DNA of 64,000 nt from Candidatus Poriferihabitaceae bacterium (GTDB lineage: Bacteria; Pseudomonadota; Gammaproteobacteria; Arenicellales; Poriferihabitantaceae): contig CBDBQB010000015.1 in NCBI GenBank assembly GCA_965209105.1, positions 1,448 to 65,447 of the forward strand. The letters run 5' to 3'. Both the position numbers and the translations under genes were made by a program. The notes below the pieces were generated by a model, which was not told the origin of the DNA, searched no databases, and saw only the letters and a list, made by a program, of their open reading frames with translations. This document shows, one piece after another, positions 1-9,391 of the stretch (its first letter is position 1; each line of letters begins with the position of its first letter).

Positions 1-930
1 ATACCCCGCGTAAGCAATCATTGCACCGTTATCGGTGCAAAATTCAAACCTTGGATAGTAAGCGCGAATATTAAGATTGGTTGTTAGCTGCTGAAGCTTC
101 TCGCGTAATACCTTGTTTGCGCCCACTCCGCCGGCGACCACCAAGCGTTGATACCCTGTTTGTTCCAGCGCGCGTTCACATTTAATACTTAATGTGTCGG
201 TGACGGCGTCTTCAAAGGCAAAGGCAATATCCGCAATCGTTTGATCGTCTAAAGATTGTTTTTGCGCGGTTGTCAGTGCAAAGGTTTTTAAGCCACTAAA
301 GCTAAGGTCTAAGCCCGGGCGATTGGTCATTGGACGCGGAAAGGTAAAGCGATCTTTATTTCCTTTAAGGGCCGCCCTAGCAATTGACGGGCCGCCGGGG
401 TAGGGCAAGCCCAGCATCTTAGCCGTTTTATCAAAGGCTTCACCCGCCGCATCATCGAGCGTTTGGCCGAGTATTGCATATTGCCCTAGCTGTTTAACAT
501 CAACGATTAGAGTATGCCCACCGGAGACTAGCAATGCCAGAAATGGAAACTCTGGCGCCTCTTCTTCGAGCATCGGTGCAAGCAAATGCCCTTCCATGTG
601 ATGCACGCCAATAGAGGGGATGCCCCATGCGTAGGCCAATGATTTTCCGACGGAAGCACCGACTAGCAAAGCCCCCGCTAAACCTGGGCCTTGTGTGTAG
701 GCGATTGCATCCGGTTGCTTGCCTTTGTTTGCGGAGTCGTCAATCAGATGCTCAATTAAGGGAATAAGGCTACGAATATGATCGCGCGCGGCCAATTCAG
801 GCACCACGCCCCCATAGCGTTGATGGGTGTCGATTTGTGACGCGAGTTTATGCGCAATCAATCCATGATCGCCATCATAAAGCGCTACGCCGGTATCATC
901 GCAAGAGCTTTCAATGCCAAGGACTAACAT
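1..930 (-). CDS. tsaD: tRNA N6-adenosine threonylcarbamoyltransferase TsaD (Kae1/Gcp family); first 310 codons, C-terminus lies beyond the left edge
   Basis: Absent from the ORF track because it has no stop codon in the window. The reverse complement of 901-930 reads ATG TTA GTC CTT GGC ATT GAA AGC TCT TGC = [10 protein letters not shown], followed by [10 protein letters not shown]. The reverse complement of ~590-607 gives VHHMEG. These are classic TsaD N-terminal and metal-site motifs. Confidence 0.9.
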   Translation of the reverse strand, partial: MLVLGIESSCDDTGVALYDGDHGLIAHKLASQIDTHQRYGGVVPELAARDHIRSLIPLIEHLIDDSANKGKQPDAIAYTQGPGLAGALLVGASVGKSLAYAWGIPSIGVHHMEGHLLAPMLEEEAPEFPFLALLVSGGHTLIVDVKQLGQYAILGQTLDDAAGEAFDKTAKMLGLPYPGGPSIARAALKGNKDRFTFPRPMTNRPGLDLSFSGLKTFALTTAQKQSLDDQTIADIAFAFEDAVTDTLSIKCERALEQTGYQRLVVAGGVGANKVLREKLQQLTTNLNIRAYYPRFEFCTDNGAMIAYAGY

Positions 931-1086
931 GGCTTAGATTTGTGGGGTGTGCCCAGCCTAAAAACAGCCCGCTGAGAGAACTTATGGGTGGGTTGGCGGA
1001 TATCTGTGCGACAAGGTTTAACAATGGATTTCCGCGTTGCTGCGTGCTTCGCCATGACAGAATGTTGGCGTTGTGCACTAGGCTTG

Positions 1087-1629
1087 CTAGATAGATTCAA
1101 CGTAAAAGCCGAATTCTTCGCGTTTTAGATCCGCGAAATAGTAACGTAAACTGCGCTCAATCATTGGGAATGCGATGTCATCCCAAGGAATATCGTCTTC
1201 CGAGAATAGTGCGGTTTCCAAACTTTCACTACCCGGGCTAAAGGCGTGCTCGCCCGTTAGATCAGCCCGAAATAGCATATACACCTGACTTATTTTTGGA
1301 ATACTGAAAACGGTATAGAGCGTCATATTCTCAAGTTCCGCTTGCGCCTCTTCACGTGTTTCACGCGCTGCGCCTTGTTCAATCGATTCACTGTTTTCCA
1401 TAAAACCAGCCGGCAGCGTCCAAAGTCCGTAGCGCGGTTCAATGGCACGCTTGCAAAGCAACACTTGGTCTTTCCAAACGGGTAAGCTGCCCGCGACAAT
1501 TTTGGGGTTTTGATAATGAATCGTGCTGCATTTGGAGCACACAGCGCGCGCTCGATTATCGCCATCAGGTATCCGGTTCGTCGTTTTCTCACCGCAGGAC
1601 GGGCAATAATTAATAGCAGGGATGGGCAT
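1087..1629 (-). CDS. NUDIX hydrolase with N-terminal zinc-ribbon (CxxC...CxxC)
   Basis: 180-aa ORF. It has CPSCGEK...CSKC cysteine pairs followed by a Nudix-box-like segment, GFMENSESIEQGAARETREEA. Confidence 0.8.
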   Translation of the reverse strand: MPIPAINYCPSCGEKTTNRIPDGDNRARAVCSKCSTIHYQNPKIVAGSLPVWKDQVLLCKRAIEPRYGLWTLPAGFMENSESIEQGAARETREEAQAELENMTLYTVFSIPKISQVYMLFRADLTGEHAFSPGSESLETALFSEDDIPWDDIAFPMIERSLRYYFADLKREEFGFYVESI

Positions 1630-1730
1630 GAGGTTTGATACGCGGTGAAGAGGCGAAAATATTTAGCTTGGGCACAGCATCTGGTAACATTCCGATGAGA
1701 TTATAACGATTCTAAGGTAAATTCTAGAGC

Positions 1731-2450
1731 ATGCCAGCAAAAACAGTTTTGATTACCGGCAATAGCACGGGACTAGGCCGGGCATTGACTGAGGTCTATT
1801 TGTCCATGGGTGCACAAGTATACGGATTTAGCCGGTCTGCTTGTGATCTGGCGCACACTAATCTGCATGACGCAAAGCTTGATCTAGCAAATTTGGAAGC
1901 GTTGAGTCAAGCCTTAAACGCGCTCCTGAAAGGCGCAAATAAATTTGATTTAGTCTTATTGAATGCGGGAGTGCTGGGGGAAATTAAACCCATCCATCAG
2001 CTCGATTTGAACGAACTTGGTCACGTGATGGATATCAACGTATGGTCGAATAAAATATTGCTCGATTATTTATATCAAAGCAAGGTAGAGCTGAACCAAG
2101 TTGTGGCGATATCCTCCGGCGCTGCAGTCAATGGCAATAAAGGCTGGGGCGCCTATTCGCTGTCAAAAGCGAGCCTCAACATGCTCATCAAATTATATGC
2201 GGCAGAATACGAAAACACACATTTTATATCTTTGGCACCGGGCTTGGTGGATACGCGGATGCAGGATCTATTGTGTGATCAAAGTATCGTCGATGAAACT
2301 GTGTTTCCGTCAGTTGCGAAACTACGTGCGGCGCGAGGCACTGAGGCGATGCCTGGCCCGACACAAGCGGCAGAAAATATTACGCGGGTTTTGGCTAAGC
2401 TTAAGCAAGAGTGCGCCAGTGGGGAGTTTGTCGATATGCGCAATATATAG
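1731..2450 (+). CDS. short-chain dehydrogenase/reductase (SDR) family oxidoreductase
   Basis: N-terminal ITGNSTGLGRAL matches the TGxxxGxG cofactor motif. YSLSKASL matches the YxxxK catalytic motif. A NAG motif is also present. Confidence 0.85.
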   Translation: MPAKTVLITGNSTGLGRALTEVYLSMGAQVYGFSRSACDLAHTNLHDAKLDLANLEALSQALNALLKGANKFDLVLLNAGVLGEIKPIHQLDLNELGHVMDINVWSNKILLDYLYQSKVELNQVVAISSGAAVNGNKGWGAYSLSKASLNMLIKLYAAEYENTHFISLAPGLVDTRMQDLLCDQSIVDETVFPSVAKLRAARGTEAMPGPTQAAENITRVLAKLKQECASGEFVDMRNI

Positions 2451-2461
2451 ATCAGCATATT

Positions 2462-3136
2462 ATGGTGGTTTATGAAATCGAGGGGTTTCCCGCGCTTGAA
2501 ACCGCTTCCAGCGATGGTTTGCTGGCGGCCGGCGGCGATCTTAGTCCCGAACGCCTTGAACTTGCCTATCGCTCGGGCATCTTTCCATGGTTTGAAGCAG
2601 GACAGCCTATTTTATGGTGGTCGCCCGATCCCCGGTGCGTGCTATATCCTCGCGCGTTTAAAACCAGTCGAAGTTTGAAGAAAGCGATCGCAAAGGCAGA
2701 TTTTTGCGCCACCGTAGATCAACAATTCGAAGGGGTTGTTAAAGCTTGTGCTGAGCCACGCGACGGTCAGCAGGGAACCTGGATCACACCGGAGATGTGT
2801 GCTGCTTACTGTCGACTGCACGAACTAGGATACGCCCATTCATTGGAAGTTTGGCAGGGAAATCAGCTCGTGGGAGGCATTTACGGCGTGGCACTTGGAA
2901 AGATATTTTATGGCGAAAGCATGTTCAGCCACGTCAGCAATGCTTCAAAATATGCGCTAAAATGCTTGACTGAGATGTTAGATAGAAAACAATACAGGCT
3001 CTTGGATTGTCAGGTCGAATCAAACCATCTGCTCAGCTTAGGCGCGCAGACGATTCCTCGCGCGCAGTTTATTGATGAGATGAACGCAGCCCTAGAGCTA
3101 CCACAAGCAAACGGAAAATGGAAAGATGTCCTCTAG
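2462..3136 (+). CDS. aat: leucyl/phenylalanyl-tRNA--protein transferase
   Basis: GGDLSPERLELAYRSGIFPWF...PILWWSPDPR is the Aat signature. I chose the ATG at 2462 (MVVYEIEG...) over the track start at 2411, which overlaps the upstream SDR gene. Confidence 0.9.
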   Translation: MVVYEIEGFPALETASSDGLLAAGGDLSPERLELAYRSGIFPWFEAGQPILWWSPDPRCVLYPRAFKTSRSLKKAIAKADFCATVDQQFEGVVKACAEPRDGQQGTWITPEMCAAYCRLHELGYAHSLEVWQGNQLVGGIYGVALGKIFYGESMFSHVSNASKYALKCLTEMLDRKQYRLLDCQVESNHLLSLGAQTIPRAQFIDEMNAALELPQANGKWKDVL

Positions 3137-3866
3137 CATAGAATTCCCAACCCTTTACTTGTCTGCGCCGCACGAATGCCCCTACTTACCGGATGAATCG
3201 GCATCGAGTTTGTTGATTGATCCGGCTTCTCCAGTGAAAGATCAACTATTTAGTGTGGCGATAGAATCAGGGTTTCGGCGTAGCGGAGAGACGGTTTATC
3301 GACCCCACTGCGTCAGATGTCAGGCCTGTAAGTCGGTGAAGATAGATGTACGCGGTATGCGATTAAATCGGTCTCAGCGACGCACACTGAAGCGCAATGA
3401 AGACATTAGCGTGCATTTTGTGGAACCCATTTTCGATGAGCACCATTTTCAACTATTTTGTCGTTATCAGGCATGGAAGCATCCCGGGGATTCTATGGAT
3501 CACGGTGATCGGCTGAAATACGAAGACTCACTGATTAAATCGTCCGTTCAATCGGCCTTGATGGAGTTCCGTATCGATCAACAAACGGTTGCGGTATCCA
3601 TCATTGATATGGCGGCCAAAGGGATTTCTGCGGTGTATACTTTTTTTGAACCCGAGCATGCTGATCGTAGCTTGGGGCGGTTCGCCGTCTTATCCATGGT
3701 GCAAAAGGCGCGAGAATTAGAGCTACCCTTTGTGTATTTAGGCTACTGGATAGATAATTGCCAAAAGATGAGCTATAAAGCCGAGTATCGACCATTGCTT
3801 GTTTATAGTGGCAGTGAATGGGTCGATTTTCATGAAAATTTTAAGGGGGGTTCTGTTCCAGAATGA
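3126..3866 (+). CDS. bpt: arginyl-tRNA--protein transferase-like leucyltransferase (Bpt/Ate family)
   Basis: CPYLPD...FRRSG...YRPHCVRCQAC...Y(L)GYWI motifs are typical of the Bpt/ATE family. It overlaps the aat stop, consistent with operon coupling. Confidence 0.85.
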   Translation: MSSSIEFPTLYLSAPHECPYLPDESASSLLIDPASPVKDQLFSVAIESGFRRSGETVYRPHCVRCQACKSVKIDVRGMRLNRSQRRTLKRNEDISVHFVEPIFDEHHFQLFCRYQAWKHPGDSMDHGDRLKYEDSLIKSSVQSALMEFRIDQQTVAVSIIDMAAKGISAVYTFFEPEHADRSLGRFAVLSMVQKARELELPFVYLGYWIDNCQKMSYKAEYRPLLVYSGSEWVDFHENFKGGSVPE

Positions 3867-4031
3867 CCTTGGCTAGTGATGTTCTATCGGCCTTGGGACT
3901 TTAATTTACCAGATATGCCCCGATAAACAGGGGGAACAGCGGTTTTTGCCATAATATTGGCTTAAATTTGCTCCCCGGCACGTTCTGTCCTACACTCCGT
4001 GCCCTTAATTTACATGAGGTTAGATGCCAAC

Positions 4032-4250
4032 GTGGCGAAAGAAGAACATATTGAAATGGAAGGCACGGTCATCGATGCCATGCCGAACACGACTTTTAAA
4101 GTCAAGCTAGAGAATGGCCACGAAGTGGTCGCACATATTTCTGGAAAAATGCGCAAGCATTACATCAAAATCCTGCGCGGCGACAGTGTCACCGTTCAGC
4201 TTACCCCGTATGACTTAAGCAAAGGCCGCATTACCTTCCGCGCTAAATAA
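4032..4250 (+). CDS. infA: translation initiation factor IF-1
   Basis: [72 protein letters not shown] is a 72-aa canonical IF-1, assuming the GTG at 4032 is the start. The track start at 3999 adds 11 non-conserved residues. Confidence 0.93.
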   Translation: MAKEEHIEMEGTVIDAMPNTTFKVKLENGHEVVAHISGKMRKHYIKILRGDSVTVQLTPYDLSKGRITFRAK

Positions 4251-4348
4251 ACCCCCGTTTTCCGTTGTTGTATGGATTTGCCTATATAACAGCGTTCAAT
4301 TCCCTTTTGCATTCCCAATGCAGCCCTTGACTACAAAGGGATCGCTAT

Positions 4349-4371
4349 AAAAAAACCCCGCAAATGCGAGG
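4349..4371 (-). terminator. intrinsic terminator downstream of rpmB-rpmG
   Basis: On the minus strand the sequence reads CCTCGC-ATTT-GCGGGG followed by TTTTTTT. This is a 6-bp stem with one G-U pair. Confidence 0.65.
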
Positions 4372-4400
4372 CCTTTATTATCTCGTATAACAGCGCTGGT

Positions 4401-4556
4401 TTATTTTATTTTCGCTTCCTTATACATCACATGCGCACGTGCTTTGGGATCGAATTTCTTGATCTCCATTTTTTCAGTCATCGTACGTTTGTTCTTAGTG
4501 GTGGTGTAGTAGTGCCCCGTTCCAGCGGATGAAACTAATTTAATTTTTTCTCGCAT
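4401..4556 (-). CDS. rpmG: 50S ribosomal protein L33
   Basis: Below the track size cutoff. Manual translation of the reverse complement gives [51 protein letters not shown]. It lies directly downstream of rpmB, the conserved arrangement. Confidence 0.93.
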   Translation of the reverse strand: MREKIKLVSSAGTGHYYTTTKNKRTMTEKMEIKKFDPKARAHVMYKEAKIK

Positions 4557-4566
4557 GATAGGCCTC

Positions 4567-4803
4567 TTAAATTTTAATGCCGCGCATTTGCATATCCGCT
4601 AAAACAGCGTCAATACCGTTTTTATCGATGGTGCGCAAACCTTGGTTTGATACACGCAAGCGTACCCAACGATTCTGGCTTTCAACCCAGAACTTCTTGT
4701 AGTGTAAGTTGGGTAAAAACGTACGGCGCGTTTTATTGTGCGCATGAGAAACATTATTTCCCACCATGGTTTTTTTGCCGGTGACCTGACAGACTCTAGA
4801 CAT
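4567..4803 (-). CDS. rpmB: 50S ribosomal protein L28
   Basis: [33 protein letters not shown]... is canonical L28. Confidence 0.95.
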   Translation of the reverse strand: MSRVCQVTGKKTMVGNNVSHAHNKTRRTFLPNLHYKKFWVESQNRWVRLRVSNQGLRTIDKNGIDAVLADMQMRGIKI

Positions 4804-5018
4804 ATTGTTACCTTATACGCTACTCGATGAGTAGTATTCAGAACTGGAGCGCGTTTATACCAAAAAAACGACAAAATAGGTAGGGATAATTCGCCAAGCG
4901 AACAAAAATATTTGTATTTGTTAACGCAATACCCACTTGGTGATTATCTGACCAGGCTCTTTATTGTTTTGAGCAAATCTGGCTTAATGGACTTTCCAAT
5001 GGGGATGAAAAACAGCCG

Positions 5019-5774
5019 ATGAGCACGATCTTAAATACCTTTAGCGTTAACGAATGGATTCTAGTGGTATTGATATATATTTGGTCGGGTTTTGTTCGCA
5101 GCGGTTTGGGTTTTGGTGGCGCTGCACTGGCTTTGCCTTTTATGCTTTTGCTTCGCCCCGACCCTTTATTTTGGCTTCCAATCATTGGGCTACATTTATT
5201 GCTTTTTACCACGATCACCGTCATTGGGCGACTATCAAATATCGATTGGGCTTATCTACTGAGCTCAATGAAATTTATGATTGGGCCTAAGTTGATTGGC
5301 GTATTGGGCTTGGTTGTTTTACCGCAGAAAATTCTCCTATCAATTGTTTACAGCATTATTCTTGCCTATGCGATGAGTCAGCTGTTTAGTGTAAAGCTGG
5401 TGGGTAAAGGTAAATTGGCAGAAAGGACGTTTTTAATGCTGGGTGGATATGCGAGCGGGACTTCCTTGGTTGGGGCGCCCCTTATTGTTGCTGCCTATAG
5501 TGAGCATGTTGCCAAAAATCAACTGCGTGACACCTTATTCGCGCTTTGGTTTATTATGGTCTGCATCAAAATGACGACCCTCGTTATGCTGGATGTACCT
5601 TTGCAATGGCAGTATGGCTTGTTGTTATTACCGGCAGCGGGTATAGGTCATGTGTTAGGGCTTCGTATGCATGAATTTCTAGTGAGTGGCGATGACACCC
5701 AGTTCCGTCGAGCATTGGGGTTTGGGCTTAGCTGTGTGGCGGTGGTCGGCATTATTGACCTTATACTAAGCTGA
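5019..5774 (+). CDS. TSUP (TauE/SafE) family anion-exporter-like membrane protein
   Basis: 251 aa and polytopic, with GxGGG-type motifs (SGLGFGGAALALP and a second copy near GGYASGTSLVGAP), typical of TSUP duplicated halves. Confidence 0.75.
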   Translation: MSTILNTFSVNEWILVVLIYIWSGFVRSGLGFGGAALALPFMLLLRPDPLFWLPIIGLHLLLFTTITVIGRLSNIDWAYLLSSMKFMIGPKLIGVLGLVVLPQKILLSIVYSIILAYAMSQLFSVKLVGKGKLAERTFLMLGGYASGTSLVGAPLIVAAYSEHVAKNQLRDTLFALWFIMVCIKMTTLVMLDVPLQWQYGLLLLPAAGIGHVLGLRMHEFLVSGDDTQFRRALGFGLSCVAVVGIIDLILS

Positions 5775-5776
5775 TT

Positions 5777-8557
5777 ATGCGCGTATCCAATCCCGTAAGA
5801 CTCCTCTCACGCCTACACGCTTCGGAGTATCTATCGCAAATATTAGCCAGCCATCCTGATTTAATGTCTTATGCGATGGAGGAGCAGCCCGTACAGGAAG
5901 CCATGCTGCGGACTGAAATTAATTGTTTGGAGCAAAAAAATGATTTAAGCGCTGATCAAACCGAGTTGCGCGGCAAAATGTTGCGTTGGGCAAAACAAAG
6001 GTTTTCATTGCTTTGGTCGATGGCCGATCTAAGCGGTACCTTAGACTTTCAAACCTTAAGCGTCTTGCAAAGCCGTTTTGCGGAGAAGACCATCGAATCC
6101 GCCTTTGATATTGCTTGGCACAGCGAGCAAACGCTAAAATTATTTCCTGATGCAAGAAAGACTCTGCCGACAGAAGCAGGAATCTTTATTTTAGGCTTGG
6201 GAAAACTCGGCGGAAACGATTTAAACTTTTCCAGTGACGTCGATTTAATCGCGTTTTTCGATAAGGACTTACTTAAGGTCGCACCTATGCATGGCGTTTC
6301 ACATGCTGTTTCGACCTGTTTAACGCAAATGAGTAAAATTTTGTCGGAGCCAACCAAGGACGGCTTTGTCTGGCGGGTAGATTGGCGTCTTCGACCGCAT
6401 GCTTCCTTGCGAAGCTTAAGCATGATCTCGGAAAAGGCGCTGGGCTTTTATCACTATCATGCGCGTCCTTGGCATCGACTGGCAATGCTCAAGGCCCGAC
6501 CAATCGCAGGTAACAAAAAGCTGGCGAAAGAATTTTTAGCGGATTTGTATCCTTTCTTATGGCGCCATGACTTGGACTACCGAGCGATCGATGATATTGC
6601 CCAGCTAAAACTAAAAATCAACGATGAACATCCCGCGCTCGCGGCGCAGCGCTCTAACAAAGAGAAAGAAATTGAGTTGGGGCAGGGTTTTAACCTTAAA
6701 TTGGGTCACGGCGGTATTCGAGAAATCGAATTCATCGCCAATACGCTACAGCTGATTTGGGGAGGGCGAAAACCAGCCCTAAGAGTCAGCAATACGCTTG
6801 CAGCGCTGCGCGCGATAGAGCAAGAGGCATTGCTAGACCCCCTGCAGGTAGATCAGCTTAGCAGCGCCTATATTTTTCTGCGCAAGGCGGAAAATAGGTT
6901 GCAGATGATGGAGAATCAGCAGGCCTATTATTTGCCTGCTAAAAGTGCCCGGATTGCCCAATATTTGACGCTATATGGGCGAGAGGATTGGCCCGAGTTT
7001 AATCGGTTGTTGAGTGAACATAGAGCCAAGGTAACGGCCATATTCGAAGATTTCTTTGAAGATGAAAGGGATTCAATCGCACAGTCCAATACCTATGTTT
7101 GGCAGCAAGTGAAACTTTCTGATACCGCTAAGATGATAGTGGATATTTGGCAGGAAGGGTTTCAGCCTTATGGTGTGTCGGCCGGGCAGGCACATTTATT
7201 CGAGCCCTTGCTCAATTCATTATCGGATGAAATAAAGCGTAGTGGCTGTGCGCTGGATACAGCCGTCAAAGCGATTGATGAGTACTTCAAGCGCTTACCG
7301 CCGGGGGGGCAATATTTTCGCTTGTTAAGGGATTATCCATGGCTGCTACAAAAAGTCATTGCACCCTTGCTGCTGTCGCCCACAATGGCGAATTTGTTGA
7401 CGCAATCGCCGCATATCATCGACCGATTTCTGGAAGAGTCGTCAGGCGAAGCAGCCGCGCTCGATACGACGATAGTATTTGCTAGCGATGATTATGAAAC
7501 GCGTTTGCAGAACCTTAGGCGTTTAACCAATGAAGAATTGTATCTTCGGTATAGCCAATACTTTGAAGGAAAATTCACGCCAGAAAATTTTCAACAATCC
7601 CTGAGTCATCTCGCAGAACAGCTGTTAGCTGCAGCCCTTAAAATCGCCTGCGATGAAATGGCTTTAACAAAGCCGCCCATCGCGGTGATTGGTTTTGGCA
7701 AGCTGGGCACGGCGGGCATGATGCCAAAATCTGACTTGGACTTGGTCTACCTGTGCCAGTCGATCGATGACCATGTACTGGCGAGCAACTTTGCGACTAA
7801 GCTCAACACCATTATCAACACACCAATGCGAGAAGGGAGAGTCTATGAGTTAGACACGCGCTTGCGTCCATCAGGACGCTCAGGCTCTGTCACGATTAGC
7901 GTGGATTCATACCGGCATCATCAGCATGATCGGGCGCTTACTTGGTCTCATTTAGCATTGGTGCCGGCTAAATTTGTTGCCGGTGATGTGAAAATTGGTG
8001 AACAATTTCATCTCATTAAGGCAGAGATTTTGAGCAGACCCCGTGAACTGCACCAATTTAAGATGGATTGCGCAAAAATGTTACAACGCGTTAGAAAACA
8101 GCGTATCGTGACAGTGGCGACTGATCAATTTAACGTGAAGTTGCGCCCCGGCGGCCTGTTCGAGTTGGAGTATTTACTCTATTGTTTGATCATCGTAGAT
8201 AGCATGGCGCAACCCGATAACGCAGCGCTTGGCTTCAACGCTATGCTTGATGCAATGGTGAAACAACGCGATGATGGCTTGGGTGAGGCGCTCGAATTCT
8301 TGCGAGTCCTGCAGCTGGAAATTCGTTTATTTGGGCATGACGATGTAAAATTCACGGAGTTGCCAGCGCCTATATTAGAGCATGTGCTCAATGCCACGTC
8401 TTGCACCACGCTTGAGGCACTGATTCATAAAATCGAAAAGTCTGTTGCGTTGACGACTGAAGCCTTAGATCAATTCTTTAGTAACGTGGATTGGGAGTCG
8501 CTGGGAGACTGGAGGGAGTCTCAGATTCATTGGTTAAAAGAACTGGAAATTGACTAA
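5777..8557 (+). CDS. glnE: bifunctional glutamine synthetase adenylyltransferase/adenylyl-removing enzyme
   Basis: 926 aa with two nucleotidyltransferase modules (GKLGGNDLNFSSDVDLI and GKLGTAGMMPKSDLDLV), each followed by a DxRLRP segment. Confidence 0.92.
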   Translation: MRVSNPVRLLSRLHASEYLSQILASHPDLMSYAMEEQPVQEAMLRTEINCLEQKNDLSADQTELRGKMLRWAKQRFSLLWSMADLSGTLDFQTLSVLQSRFAEKTIESAFDIAWHSEQTLKLFPDARKTLPTEAGIFILGLGKLGGNDLNFSSDVDLIAFFDKDLLKVAPMHGVSHAVSTCLTQMSKILSEPTKDGFVWRVDWRLRPHASLRSLSMISEKALGFYHYHARPWHRLAMLKARPIAGNKKLAKEFLADLYPFLWRHDLDYRAIDDIAQLKLKINDEHPALAAQRSNKEKEIELGQGFNLKLGHGGIREIEFIANTLQLIWGGRKPALRVSNTLAALRAIEQEALLDPLQVDQLSSAYIFLRKAENRLQMMENQQAYYLPAKSARIAQYLTLYGREDWPEFNRLLSEHRAKVTAIFEDFFEDERDSIAQSNTYVWQQVKLSDTAKMIVDIWQEGFQPYGVSAGQAHLFEPLLNSLSDEIKRSGCALDTAVKAIDEYFKRLPPGGQYFRLLRDYPWLLQKVIAPLLLSPTMANLLTQSPHIIDRFLEESSGEAAALDTTIVFASDDYETRLQNLRRLTNEELYLRYSQYFEGKFTPENFQQSLSHLAEQLLAAALKIACDEMALTKPPIAVIGFGKLGTAGMMPKSDLDLVYLCQSIDDHVLASNFATKLNTIINTPMREGRVYELDTRLRPSGRSGSVTISVDSYRHHQHDRALTWSHLALVPAKFVAGDVKIGEQFHLIKAEILSRPRELHQFKMDCAKMLQRVRKQRIVTVATDQFNVKLRPGGLFELEYLLYCLIIVDSMAQPDNAALGFNAMLDAMVKQRDDGLGEALEFLRVLQLEIRLFGHDDVKFTELPAPILEHVLNATSCTTLEALIHKIEKSVALTTEALDQFFSNVDWESLGDWRESQIHWLKELEID

Positions 8558-8699
8558 AATAATGCGATTCAGATAAAAATATTGCTTTGAGTTGTGTATC
8601 GTCATCAGCTGAATAATGCGAAGCTTTTTGAGAAGTGAATTGATAATTGGGCAGGTCTGAAATAAGGTAGCGCTCTAGACGAAAACAGAACGCGTAGCC

Positions 8700-9083
8700 A
8701 TGGCATCAAAAAAACCAATCGATCACAATAAACTTGACCAAATCGTGGCCAAGGCACATGGACAAAGTGTCGAGCGCGATCAGGGATATCGCGAAAAGTC
8801 TCTCAAAATGTACCCTTGGGTATGTGGTCGATGCGCACGCAGTTTTACGCGCGAAAATTTAAGCGAGCTAACCGTGCATCATCGAGATCACAATCACGAT
8901 AATAACCCTTCTGATGGAAGTAACTGGGAGTTATTATGCGTGTATTGCCATGACAATGAACACTCTAAACAAGAAGAGATGATCGCAGCTGCCGGTCGAT
9001 CTAGCGTGAAAGAGAATCAAAGTGGTGTTAGCACTCATCAACCCTTTGCTGATCTCAAATCTATGTTGAGAAATGCTAAGTAA
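8700..9083 (+). CDS. yajD: YajD-family HNH nuclease
   Basis: CGRC...HHRDHNHDNN...LLCVYCHDNEH is the YajD-type HNH/zinc motif pattern. Confidence 0.85.
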   Translation: MASKKPIDHNKLDQIVAKAHGQSVERDQGYREKSLKMYPWVCGRCARSFTRENLSELTVHHRDHNHDNNPSDGSNWELLCVYCHDNEHSKQEEMIAAAGRSSVKENQSGVSTHQPFADLKSMLRNAK

Positions 9084-9391
9084 GCACCTGTGGCGACTCA
9101 CTATTTCAGATAATCATTTAGTTTCTACAAACATAATTTCTGATTTCGTATCAGTAAAGCTAAATAGTTCCGGACATTAATCTACCTTACTCGCATCAAC
9201 GATTGAGACAAACTTTCGGGTAAGACAATACTGGACAAACTGCGGGGCTTGTTTCTAATACTTAGATGTCGAATTCCTCTCCAGCTGAAAAGCAGGTCCA
9301 TTGAGCAGTGGTGCTCTGAAAGTTATTGTCAGAGGTATTGCGTTAGTGTATCTTCCCGCGACTATAATTACACTAAGGAACCATACAAATC

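Noticed and set aside
837-1094. An 85-aa plus-strand ORF spanning the tsaD start region.
   Set aside because: It overlaps the well-supported tsaD 5' end on the opposite strand, and its sequence is Arg/Cys-rich with no motifs.
4285-4395. A 10-bp direct repeat TATAACAGCG at 4285-4294 and 4386-4395, flanking the infA/rpmG convergent terminator region. I considered it as possible footprints of a tiny inserted element.
   Set aside because: There are no inverted termini between the copies. The interval is explained by short hairpins and the rpmG terminator, and a single 10-mer coincidence is weak evidence.
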